A stretch of 64,000 nt of DNA, taken from NCBI RefSeq assembly GCF_006345805.1, contig NC_042997.1, positions 190,216,001-190,280,000 of the forward strand, in the 5' to 3' direction. Position numbers and translations under genes: made by a program. Under the pieces are notes generated by a model. It saw nothing but the letters and a program-made list of their open reading frames with translations, ran no database searches and was not told the DNA's origin. Shown here one piece after another: positions 13,709 to 25,167 of this stretch (positions are counted from its first letter, which is position 1; each line of letters begins with the position of its first letter). The DNA is from Octopus sinensis (taxonomy: Eukaryota).

Positions 13709-14029
13709 GGAGCGCAATGGCCCAGTGATTAGGGCAGCAGACTCGCGGTCGGAGGATCGCGGTTTCGATTCCCAGACCGGGCGTTGTGTGTGTTTATTGA
13801 GCGAAAACACCTAAAATCTGCACAAGGCTCCGGCAGGGGGTGGTGGCGACCCCTGTTGTACTCCTTCGTCACAACTTTCTCTCACTTTCTCTTCCTGTTT
13901 CTTGAGTAACGCTGCGATGGATTGGCGTCCCACCCAGCTGGGGCGGGGGGGGGGGGGCACATACGCCACAGAAACCGGGAAATCGGGCCTATGAGCTTGG
14001 GTAGGTTTGAAAAGGGCGGCGTTTTTTTT
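13709..14029 (+). mobile_element. tRNA-derived SINE, family D, full length
   Basis: A-box-like TGGCCCAGTGATT and B-box-like GGTTTCGATTCC; 13-bp TSD tatatatcgattt (13696-13708 / 14030-14042). Confidence 0.9.
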
Positions 14030-14538
14030 TATATATCGATTTATATTGTGTATTTCTTAAATATAAAACAACCTTTACACGGGGCAGAAAATATTTCGAC
14101 TTTACAGAAAAGGAAAAGCAATGTTATAGAAATCTTGGTCTTCCAAGTATATTCCTCAAGAAACTTAAATGAGTATCTAAATCGTGTCGCAGAATCGATT
14201 AGTTTTTTTTCTTTCTCTAGATCGCCCAACGCTCCCGATAATTAATATTGATTGCATAACTCAATACCAAACTAATATTGTTTTAAAAAGTTCATCTAAA
14301 TATTAATTGAATCTTACTTTTTAATTAATAAGTTAAGCAAATACTTTAAAGGGATATTTAATATTTAAAGCACAGAAAAATTGAATATGCTATAGTTGAG
14401 TACCTTTTCTGTTTGAAGTAATGTAATTAAAGTATCAAATTTGCTTAATTTGTTTCTTTCATTAAATGTTTCCTCCAAAAATATATTCTACTTCGTTTTA
14501 AGTAGTGGCCATTCTTTGTTCATTCTGCATTAAAATAT

Positions 14539-14954
14539 CTATTTCTTTACTACCCACAAGGAGCTAAACAAAGAGGGGACAAACAAGGCAAGAAAAACGG
14601 ATTAAATCGATTACATCGACCCCAGTGCGCAACTGGTACTTAATTTATCGACCCCGAAAGAATGAAAGGCAAAGTCAACCTCGGCGGAATTTGAACTCAG
14701 AACGTAGCGGCAGACGAAATACTTATTTCTTTACTACCCACAAGGGGCTAAACACAGAGGGGACAAACAAGGACAGACAAACGGATTAAATCGATTATAT
14801 CGACCCCAGTGCGTAACTGGTACTTAATTTATCGACCCCGAAAGGATGAAAGGCAAAGTCAACCTCGGCGGAATTTGAACTCAGAATGTAACGGCAGACA
14901 AAATACGGCTACACATTTCGCCCGGCGCGCTAACGTTTCTGCCAGCTCGCCGCC
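14539..14954 (-). mobile_element. SINE family B, dimer
   Basis: Two units joined near 14722; TSD ttct(g/a)cattaaaatat. Confidence 0.9.
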
Positions 14955-17891
14955 TTTCTACATTAAAATATATATTACTGGTTCAGTCACAGTTCATGTA
15001 TGTTGTTGCTTCTCCTTATCTTGTGCCTTAAATCAGCTCTAACTGCATGCAAAACTATAAGATCCAAATACATTCCAGCCGTGGCCGAGGGGTCTGATTA
15101 TGTTTAGTTAAACATAATTTATAAAGAAAGAAATATATCTCAATCATGCAGCAGTGTCTGATTTGATAGAGTTTTGGCTGCTATTTTTGAAATGCTGATC
15201 AATTGTGCAATGACTCTGACTTTGGCCCGTATTATTTTATACAGTTCTCAAAAGCATTACTATCTTTGTTGATTTTGTTTCACTCGCTGAAGTGTATACC
15301 CAAAGCTCTATGCACGAGAGAATGATATCGATTACAAAGCATTTGAACGTTTTTGTGTTTGCCTGTATTTTTTTAATATGCGATGTATTTCAGTTACGAC
15401 TGTGGATTCTATATCTTTATAGCTCCCATCAGCTAAAAAATACTTAAGAAACGTAAATATTAGGAAACGTTTACAAATAAGGACGTAATAATGATGTTGT
15501 ACTTATATAGATACACTAAATAATCGTTTTGAGTTCAAATATAACTGGATTCACTCAAAAGCTTTAATCTCACCGCAATCAATAAAAACAAAAAAACAAT
15601 TTCTCACTCCTTCAATTTTCTTGTCGTTTTTACCAATGTAAGAAATATTATAGACGAAATAATTCATGGACCGTCTCTTTACGTAGCAATGTGTCTGGCA
15701 ATGTACTCAGCATTAAATTGATTGCTCTAAAGTTTTAAACCATAACATCAAAGTAAGGAAATATATATTCCGAGCATGTATATTAGATGCAGAGTAGTCC
15801 TATATATTTAGTTTTTTATTCAGTCAGTTTTTATTTTTTTATTTTATTTTCTACTAAATTTAATGAACCATGGAACCATTATACAGCAACTTCATACTAT
15901 TAAAGGATTTCTAATAAGCAAACAGATATATACATACATACATATATATACATACACTTCACTATTTTTGTTTTCATGTAGTGATTTTAAGTTTCTCTAA
16001 TAAACACGTATTTTCACCTGCTTCACGAGCTATTAACTGCTAAATTGGTTAGAGTTGTTGGCAAAGTTTGAAAATAAATAACTCTCTTTACAACATGAAT
16101 ACATAACACTAATGATTAAAACCACACGTTTTTAATATTAACAAACCTAAATTTGAATATAAATTATTAACAGGTCTACATAAGGAGGATGATCACATGG
16201 TTTTTTTCCTCCTAATAGTTTTTCAATTAATTTTGTCTATTCTAGAAACAAATTATCGTCCATTAAACAAGAATACACATACATTAGACGTAAATTCTAT
16301 AACTGTTTAATGACTATTAGTTTTAACCTTATGGCCTATTGCCAATATCAGAAACCATTCTTTAGACTGTGTATGAGGAAAACAGGGCAGAAAACAATTT
16401 GTATAAGACAATAAAAACTATAATTTGCATCAAACTAATTTAGAGGGCTTCTATTTGTTGGAATGAATGTAAAGAATTTGGATTCTGTCAACAACAGAAA
16501 CACTTTGTGCTTGGCAAATACTCTTCAGTCTCGTACAATACTAGATTCAAATTCACTAATTAATTTGTATTACAGACCTGACATAGGATAATTTATAATT
16601 ATAATAATTTGGACATGTCAAAGTATTTCTTGACTACTCCGAAAACCTTTATTTAAAACGATTATATAAGAGCGAAACCAATGAAAGATTGTCACGACTT
16701 GTTTAAAGATAATTGCCCATTGCTTTATTTGAGAAACCGTGAAAAGCTTTCTTTTATATAATTAATGTTATGCATAGTGTTTGGCAATGTATTATAACGC
16801 TCGTCTATATACTAACGCATCACATTTCAAATAAACATCGTATCATTGCATTCGACTGAAGTTTAAATTGAGAACTTACATGTTGAATTTGATGCAAATG
16901 TACGAAGAATAGAACGTCATAAAAAATTCAGTTTGACTCCAATTGTAACAAAGAGAAAATAATACTATAAATAAATCGCCGAGATTTACTTTTGATCTGT
17001 GGTGAATAAGTCAGAAAAATCAAATGTAGAAACAACATGAATACGTTGAGATACTGCATACCCATTTTGCAGCAACACTCTGCTCAGCAAACGAAATTAA
17101 GACATCAAGAGGAAATAATTTGAAAGAAACACTAGGTCCCAAAGGACTAACTAATTGATATTCTTAGCTGTAAAGGAGAAAGATAACAGCCTCACAATAG
17201 AATCCCTAAAAGGAAGATACGTTGAAAAAACAGAAATTACGATTAAAGAAACGAACCAAGAAAATATAAATATTAATAAGTCGCATTGAAAGGATAAATC
17301 TAACACGAGCGAAATAACAGAAGCAGAAACTGGCGTGAATTTTTAAATATAATAGAAATGAGATGCAAGAATGAAAACAATTCTAAGGATGGTAATTATA
17401 CTTAAAGAGAAATCAATCTAAATGTGGGCATTAGTTAAAAATTAAAACCTATTGAGTATTTTAGTGTGAAGCAATAACAGCGACACCCAACGATAAATTG
17501 CAAGGACGAACTAGCAGCAACAATACAATAATGTGATCCTGTCATCGAAGTCTCTAAGAAAACAGATCCAAGCATCAACACTACACGACTAAACGAAACA
17601 ATGTATAAAACATCCTTAGTAATTACAAAAGTAGTTGCGTAGTAACTCAGATTTACTGATATAGATCTACTTCAAATCCCAAGCAATGAGCATGAATAAC
17701 TAACATACAAAAATGGTTTATCGATACTAAATAAAATCCATGCTAAAGGACAATTTTATAAAAGAGAAGATATTAGAATAGAAATTTATAAATTGACAAT
17801 AACAGGATTCAAAATAGAAAACTTAAACTAATAGTTACTCGTTAAATGACAAATAATAACGCCGATTTCAAAGCAGCAACGTTAGTAAAAA

Positions 17892-18021
17892 TGTTGTGTC
17901 GACGCCCCCAGACAATGAAGTAGACTAGCTCAATACGTAGATATAGTAGGAGAGGTCTAGACGTCAGGGAGTAGAACAGATCGGAGTCGAGTAGAGAGGC
18001 ATCCGAACGTGCGACATAACA
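17892..18021 (-). mobile_element. probable short solo LTR
   Basis: TG...CA ends with a 10-bp terminal inverted repeat (tgttgtgtcg / cgacataaca) and AAAAA on both flanks. Confidence 0.5.
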
Positions 18022-18259
18022 AAAAATGAATGCATGCATGTAACTAAGGTAGAAATATATGCAGGAAAAATTATGGTATATATCATATATTCGCTAAAAA
18101 AATTTTTAGAGAATATGTTAGCCCTCTTGCACAGAGTAATTAAGTTTCATTGACCGGATATTATTAAATATCCGGTTAATGAAGATTGATAGGATACTTA
18201 ACAAAATCAAGGTTCGTGTGAATCAAAATTGTCAGTCTCACAGAGATGATATTGTATTC

Positions 18260-18445
18260 CTAAATGAATTGTGGAAATTAACTAAATATAAAGGTCTGGA
18301 AATAGAGATAGCCACAAATCATGTATACCAGCAGAAGAATCCCTACCGTAATAGATGCCTATAATGATATAGAATATGCAAATAAATACATAGAATATAA
18401 TGAGACTTACACAATGTGCAGAAAATAGCATTACTTGGCACTGAT
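18260..18445 (+). pseudogene. degenerate R4/Dong-type LINE C-terminal fragment
   Basis: KLTKYKGLEIEIAT matches KLSKYKDLEIEISK at 23.3 kb; downstream gtgcagaaaatagcattacttggcactg (VQKIALLGT) matches VQKIVLMGT. Confidence 0.65.
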
Positions 18446-19923
18446 GTTATTACATAAATTACTGAAAATAAAACAGAAAACACAAAACCAAAACGAAACA
18501 CTACACGTACCCATAGTACATAAATTTTCTTTGGTTTTGCAACGAAAGCAAACTAGAAATATAAGGCTTCTGAAAAATATTAATAATTTATTTATATTAT
18601 GAAAGTAATTATATCTCATCAATGAATTCATTCTGACGTGTTCGTATTTGTCTGTAAATATGTAACATTGACGTTTCATACGAAGATTAATATTCCATTT
18701 TGCTTTGAAGGCAGATAGTAAAACCAAATCTAATCATATTGTTTGTCGGGTTACAGTTTTCAAATGTTTTATGGAAACTACTATAAATTCTTTTGTTTCA
18801 ATTGAGCCTAACGCTTACGAATGTAAAATATCAATTATTTCATAGTTCATGAGCATGAACACTCATAGAACATCAACCTTCAGTAATCGGTGTCGGCAGC
18901 CTCCCTCTTGTTACAAACGCATATGAATACGCACACATACACTCACACATAAATAAGTGTATCCGATATATATATATACTCACACATTCAGATACACACA
19001 CACGTATATATACACACACATATACGCTATATAATAATTCATTCATTTATTTATATGGTATTCTGTATATCTTACTTAACATGGATATACTGTAGAAAAC
19101 TAGAAAACTGTGGTTTTTGTTTCGTATAGTCGTATATTGCTAAAAGGACACGGGTATATCAGTTATAGAGGAAGAGCATCTGATTATGACGGTAAAATTG
19201 CTAAGTCCAGATTTCTCCTACTCTGAGCACCACCAGAAGCAATTATCCTCTAGGATATACAAAAAAAAAAAACTGGTAACAAACACATGTTGTAATGGTT
19301 CTCCATTTTGTCTGCGGAAGATCGTCACTGACTGACATAAGTCGCCTAATCTCTAAAAGGAACTTTCGAGTCATTGGTAGCAAAGAAGAAAATGAAATTT
19401 ATTCGTAATTATTTAATAAGATATAAATTAAAATATGCAGTCTAACTTAGATTTAACAGAAATTTTCTAATACACGCTGTTTGTGCATAAAAGTATTTAT
19501 AAAGTATATAGTAAAATCTCCGATTAGTGGACGATATGCTTATTAACGTAGACGGGTTAAGGGAATTGACTTTTAATCTGAAGAGTGGACGACTATTTAT
19601 GAAACATATCAAGTTTGGGTAATTTCTCGATTTTTCTCTGGGCGAAGAGAATAATAAGATCTATACACATTTGATTGGTTTTATCGTATAGGGGTTACTC
19701 TTTGTAGCATGACTATATTAAATTTACCAAATATCCGCCTGTGTGTGTATGTGTATGAGTTGCTTGTGTAGGCGTGTTTGTGCGTATGTGTATAATGGTA
19801 TATACATTATTTTAAACAATTTTCTGTACACAAGTGCACGAATGGTATTTATGGCGAGATGATACTTGCTGCTTCGTAAACACATACTGAATATACCCAT
19901 ACTTATATACCCGTATATATATG

Positions 19924-20114
19924 AAGAATTCACGAAAAAAAACAAAGACGACGAACAGACAGGTGGTGTAGAAAACAAACAGATGTATTATTATAACGCT
20001 CGGGAATTGAAAAAGTCTTTTACTTTTCGAGCATACGCTCTTCCACAGAAAGGAACACACAAAGAAACAAGGAGAGAAAAAATGTGTGTAGTGGCTACCG
20101 ATCTATCATCGCGA
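19924..20114 (-). mobile_element. family E short repeat (Penelope-like terminal fragment) in (TA)n
   Basis: Homologous to 44689-44873; carries a hammerhead-like motif. Confidence 0.75.
20017..20052 (-). ncRNA. minimal hammerhead-like motif, CTGTGGA core variant
   Basis: cttt-CTGTGGA-a-gagc-gtat-gctc-GAAA-ag-TA-aaag. Confidence 0.55.
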
Positions 20115-20321
20115 TATTTATATATATATATATACATATATATACAAAGTGTGTGTGTGGGGGGGTTAGTTCATCGGTGATCTAAACCATTGAATACGCT
20201 AGGTAAGTGCTGTAACGGATCACTGTGGCTCCAAGGTTATAGCCGAGACGGTATTTATGGACCCATTGCAGATTTCCAATGCAGCGGATATATATTTTTT
20301 TATGCATATATACATATATAC

Positions 20322-20352
<31 letters not shown>

Positions 20353-20678
20353 CACGCATATATATGTTAACGTAGATACAAATGCACACACATACGAACA
20401 TACACATACACACACATACCGATATGTGTGTGAATGTCTATACGTGTATATGTTATCATATCCTTTACCTTGCTTCAACCACAGAACTGCAACCGCGCAA
20501 CTTGTCGTTTGGAAAGGTTTTGTTAATCAGATCAGACCCATTACTTCTTTTAATTACGATAATTAGTCTACCAACCCACGAAATGAACCAAAGCTGGTTA
20601 GGGACAATAATTGCCCACTCTCAAACGCACATAACACAGACACACATATACATACAAAAATACGTGTGTACATATATA

Positions 20679-20831
20679 TTATTTCTTTATTGCCCACAAG
20701 GGGCTAAACATAGAGGAGACAAACAAAGACAGACAAAGGAATTAAGTCGATTACATCAATCCCAGTGCGTAACTGGTACTTAATTTATCGACCCCGAAAG
20801 GATGAAAGACAAAGTCGACCTCGGCGGAATA
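20679..20831 (-). mobile_element. SINE family B, 5'-truncated
   Basis: tatttctttattgcccacaagggg...aaagtcgacctcggcggaat. Confidence 0.85.
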
Positions 20832-21123
20832 TATGTGTACATATATATACATACGTGCTTGCGAGCGTGCATGTGTGTGTGTGTGTGTTTGTGTATGTAT
20901 GTGTGTGTGTGTGTGTGTGTGGTGTGTGTGTGTATTCCCTCAACCAAATTGACTCAGAATGCATAGGTCATGTCAGGTTTTAGTTGCAGAAACTTGACAG
21001 AAGTGCCGCAATTCACTGGAGGGCCCACGAAACTACATGTTGATCGTTTCTAGCAGATATGTCTATTAATCCACCAAATCATATTATTGTGTAACTGATT
21101 TCATATTCACAGAAACAAGGACA

Positions 21124-21163
<40 letters not shown>

Positions 21164-22224
21164 TACATACATACATATATACATACATACACACATAATA
21201 CACGTTTGGGTGTGTACATAAATATCCCATAAGCATATATAAAATTAATCATTTCACGGTAATCATTTCACAGTATGTTTAAATACTATGGTACCAAAAG
21301 TCAACGATTCGCTTTTCTCGCCGTGTAAGATCTTAACTTCGACATTAAAATATATTTAAAATTCTGTTATTCGAAATATATCAATTTCTACCTCACATAA
21401 AACCCAAATTTAATGTGATATTCTTGCAATCATTGCAGCTTTTATTTCAAGTTAAATCCAATACTAACGCAAATATCAATCTTAATATAATAACCCAAAT
21501 CCTGAGCGCTAACATTGAAAACTATTGAATTCTGCATGTTTAAAGATTTAAATCGAACTATGTGGCTTAAGTACACTTGTTCATATATTTTTATGTACAA
21601 TTCTGTCAACGAAATATATGTTAATGAACCAGTGTATAATATGATCTTGTTCAAAGAAGGAAATAGAATCTCAGCTTGCAGCAAAATATTCATACACCAT
21701 TCTAAGTTGTAGCCATGGTTTCAAACTCCATCATAAGTCAATTGCGAATATACGTGGTAACTGATAACTTCGGCGTACAGTAAAATATATAGCACGTATT
21801 TCCCGCAGTTATTAACTCAGTATAGAGATTATTCAGTCAGCAAGAAGTTATCCTTACCTCAACAGAGAGTTTCTATTACTGCATAAAAGAACAAACTTTT
21901 AAATATTATAACTAATAAATAAAAAACAAGAACCTACGGGCGGGACTAAAATACGATATATGAATATTTACATGATAGAATAAACAGTATAAGATACTTC
22001 AGTAAAATACCGTTGAATCATATGAGTTTAAATAACTACATGAGAAGCTATTACTACTGCCGAGTATAAAAACGCAAAATCATTCCTGCCGTGGTATGAA
22101 CGTGTGAAGAAGTATTATAATTTACTGTTTTTGCTTCAATCTTTCTCTTTCTTTGTGTATACATATAATGATATGACGCAGACACACACGCACATGTATA
22201 TAGCTATAATATAATATAATATAA

Positions 22225-22622
22225 CTAGCAGTATCGCCCGGCGTTGCTCGGGTTTGTAAGGGAAATAACTATATAAGCATTTTTAGAGAGTTATAGCCAA
22301 AAAAAGCAAAAAAAAATGCATTAAAAATGGAAAGAAAATTATGGTAGTTTTTTTAAAAAATCGTTGACTCCTCGTAGACATTCTTAGAGAGTTACTTCCC
22401 TTATATAATAGCGAAAAAAATGCATTAAAATGGAAAAAAATGGTAATTTTTTTTAAATCGTAGACTCATCGTAGACGCGCGCTAATACCCAGAAGGGCTC
22501 GATATGAATCACGACTATAAGATACCCGGTTTTGGTTAAACTGCACCGCAAAATGTGGGAGTAGTTAGGAATCTAAATCGTAGGAGACAGACAGCACACA
22601 ACCTCATTTTTATATATAAAGA
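22225..22622 (-). mobile_element. non-autonomous Helitron
   Basis: Minus strand starts A|TC and ends with hairpin cccgagcaacgccggg then atactgCTAG|T; no TSD; homologous to 61796-62302. Confidence 0.85.
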
Positions 22623-22837
22623 TATAATGTATAATATAAAACAGAAACACACACATTCACTACGTCACACAGCGGGTACTGATATAGGCATGCATCTAAG
22701 GTAGCGAAGTGGAATAATCGTTAGCACGCCAGGCAAATTGCTTGACAGCATTTAGTCAGTCTTTACGTACTATATTATTTACATTATTTACATTATTTAC
22801 ATCTGACGGATATTTGTCCACATCTTGTTTGTTGTTA

Positions 22838-22882
22838 ACACAACGTTTCGGCTGATTATACCCTCCAGCCTTTATCAGGTGT
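22838..22882 (-). ncRNA. minimal type I hammerhead, core mutated (CTGATAA)
   Basis: acac-CTGATAA-a-ggctg...cagcc-GAAA-cg-TT-gtgt. Confidence 0.6.
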
Positions 22883-23079
22883 CTTGGGGAATTTTCGAAC
22901 CTGGGTTCTCATTCCTAAGTTATTTTTCGATGTTATTATTATTATTATTATTATTATTGTTATTATTATATTTATTAGTAGTAATATTAGTATTAGTGTT
23001 ATTATTATTAGAGCGCAGGTTACTGACCCCAAGATTCCGAGTTCGATTCCAGGCAGTGACCTGAATAATAAAAATAATG

Positions 23080-23118
<39 letters not shown>

Positions 23119-23218
23119 TAATAATAATAATAATAAAAATAATAATAATCATAATAATCATAAAAATAATAATAATAATAATAATAATAATATAATAATA
23201 ATAATAATAATAATAATA

Positions 23219-23533
23219 AGGCCAGACATCATATTGAAAAACTTCAAACAAAGAACATGCCTCCTCATTGATATGACTGTCCCAATCGATATAAACGTAT
23301 CTGTCAAGACCTACCAAAAACTGAGCAAATATAAAGATCTTGAAATAGAAATCAGCAAAATGTGGAAGCTGAAGACTAAAACAATACCTGTTGTCATAGG
23401 TGCCCTGGGAATGATAGCAAAAGGGGCTGATAGCTACCTAACTCAGATACCAGGAAACCCAAAAATGGCAGAAGTTCAAAAGATAGTGCTCATGGGAACT
23501 GCTCATATCCTACGCAAAATACTCTCTATGTAA
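23219..23533 (+). pseudogene. R4/Dong-type non-LTR retrotransposon 3' fragment, restriction-like endonuclease domain (3' UTR to ~23748, then (TAA)n)
   Basis: Open frame RPDIILKNFKQRTCLLIDMTVP...KLSKYKDLEIEISKMWKLKTKTIPVVIGALG...GTAHILRKIL* carries the RLE PD..D..K..KY motif; flanked by (TAA)n on both sides. Confidence 0.9.
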
Positions 23534-23747
23534 TCTCAAGGTTTAAAACAAACATAATTTTCGGTTTAAAAAAAAAAAAAAAAAACCTTTTTTTTTTTAG
23601 ACATTCATTAGTACAACATCCCCACCCCCCAAATATATGGCACACTAGGCATAACAACAACATGAAATTCCAACCCTGTTGTCTCTTGAGGTCTCTGGGT
23701 GAGACTTGGAGCCAACTTGTACAAATATAAAGCAAAAGTCAAACATA

Positions 23748-23782
<35 letters not shown>

Positions 23783-23819
23783 TCGAAAAATGAGAACCCA
23801 GGATTCAAATTTCCCCAAG

Positions 23820-23863
23820 ACACCTGATGAAGGTTGGAGGGTATATCAGCCGAAACGTTGTGT
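23820..23863 (+). ncRNA. minimal type I hammerhead ribozyme, intact core
   Basis: acac-CTGATGA-a-ggttg-gagggtatat-cagcc-GAAA-cg-TT-gtgt; loopless palindromic stem III (AACGTT); predicted cleavage after GUU at 23859. Confidence 0.8.
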
Positions 23864-24282
23864 TAACCACAAACAAGATGAGGACAGACATCCGTCAAAT
23901 GTAAATAATGTACATAATTCCTCATCTCTTAAATATAGAACTGCATTTTACGTACTATGTTCAAATTCTGCCGAGCACTTCCTTGCCTCTCATCCTTTCG
24001 GGGTTCATAAATTAACTGCCAATCAAGCACTGAGGTTGATGCAATTGAGTTACCTGCTCCCTAAAATTACTGGCCCTGTGCCAAAATCCGAAACCATTAT
24101 AAACAAGTATCTCCCCACCCTCTCTATTTGTCTGTCTGTCTGTCTGTCTGTCTCTCTGTCTCTCTCTCTCAGTACAAGACTGAAGAGGTATCAGGAGGCA
24201 ATAACCAACAAAGCAATGGATTTCAATAACTTGCGCTACTTAACTAACAATAGAAGGAGGGAAAAATTCATGAAGCCTGGGC

Positions 24283-24440
24283 TTCAGAGGTCTACCGCTC
24301 TTCAATATCCTCCCGAAGGAGCTGAGAGACCTGCATGGGGTGGATGTAGGTGTCTTCAAAATAAAGCTGGACCTCTTCCTGTCAGGTGGAGGTGCAGATG
24401 AGGGCAGCTGCATCAAATTCTCTCATGCACCAAATGTCAA
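24283..24440 (+). pseudogene. CR1/L2-group LINE ORF2 C-terminal fragment
   Basis: Manual translation SLGFRGLPLFNILPKELRDLHGVDVGVFKIKLDLFLSG resembles the ...LFN.LP..LR....FK.KLD.FL C-terminus. Confidence 0.7.
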
Positions 24441-24825
24441 TTCCTGAAAAGCATTCGTGAAGTAAAATTATGTAGCAACACCAAATGACGGTGCCCTAGC
24501 ATGGCCACAGCTCTAGATAAACTAGATAAAATTAGAAATAGAAATTAAAAAATCTGATATAACAACATAGTAACAATGTTACTTCGCCAGAGAAACCTTC
24601 TCCATCTTTGTTAGTGTTACCTTTAATTCTATTATTTCTTCAGTCATATCATCATTCACTCATTCATAATTTACCTGTCACATTCGCTATCTTTCTACCG
24701 GTATCTCCAAATTACTATAGATGTAAACAAGCTAGCATAATTAGAACGTGTCGACAAGAAGTCCCAAATTTGTCTGTCTTTCTGTCTATCTCTCACCCGC
24801 TCTTTCTATTTTTCTCCATGTCTTA

Positions 24826-24856
<31 letters not shown>

Positions 24857-25099
24857 ATATTTGTTCTCGTATTTTTTATTCTATTACCTGTATTAATCAA
24901 TGCATTATTTTTTTTAAAATCTACACTTGTTATCTCTTTTTTACCGTTCTCTTTTTGAAGAGAATGTAAACGAACCAGCCTCGGTGGTCAAGTAGTTGGA
25001 AACAAATACGAAGTCACCCACTAGTAAGTGCATTTACATACATATAAACACACACAAACATTTACACATATATATATACATATATGCATACACACACAC

Positions 25100-25167
<68 letters not shown>

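Larger units (their letters stand above)
22774..23946. mobile_element. inverted dimer of family C (Penelope-like architecture) with 12-bp TSD
   Basis: Minus copy 22774-~22935 and plus copy 23011-23943; TSD tttacgtactat at 22762-22773 and 23947-23958. Confidence 0.8.
22698..24100 (+). mobile_element. old family B-related SINE split by a ~1.17-kb insertion
   Basis: Head 22698-22773 (gttagcacgccaggcaaattgc) continues at 23947-24100 (gttcaaattctgccgag...catcctttcgggg...ggccctgtgccaaaatccgaaacc). Confidence 0.75.

Noticed and set aside
13709-13780. tRNA-like sequences at SINE heads (also 31077 and 60984)
   Set aside because: No complete cloverleaf or acceptor stem; they continue into SINE bodies, so they are not tRNA genes.
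17060-17830. A-rich, coding-like stretch (possible decayed LINE ORF1)
   Set aside because: Many stops and no recognisable motif; cannot be assigned without BLASTX.
20220-20265. ctgtgg...ggttatagcc-gaga-cggta hammerhead-like remnant
   Set aside because: Both core segments deviate and there is no clear stem I.
23790-24401. 203-aa ORF
   Set aside because: Chance read-through across a family C tail, a SINE, a microsatellite and an out-of-frame LINE fragment.
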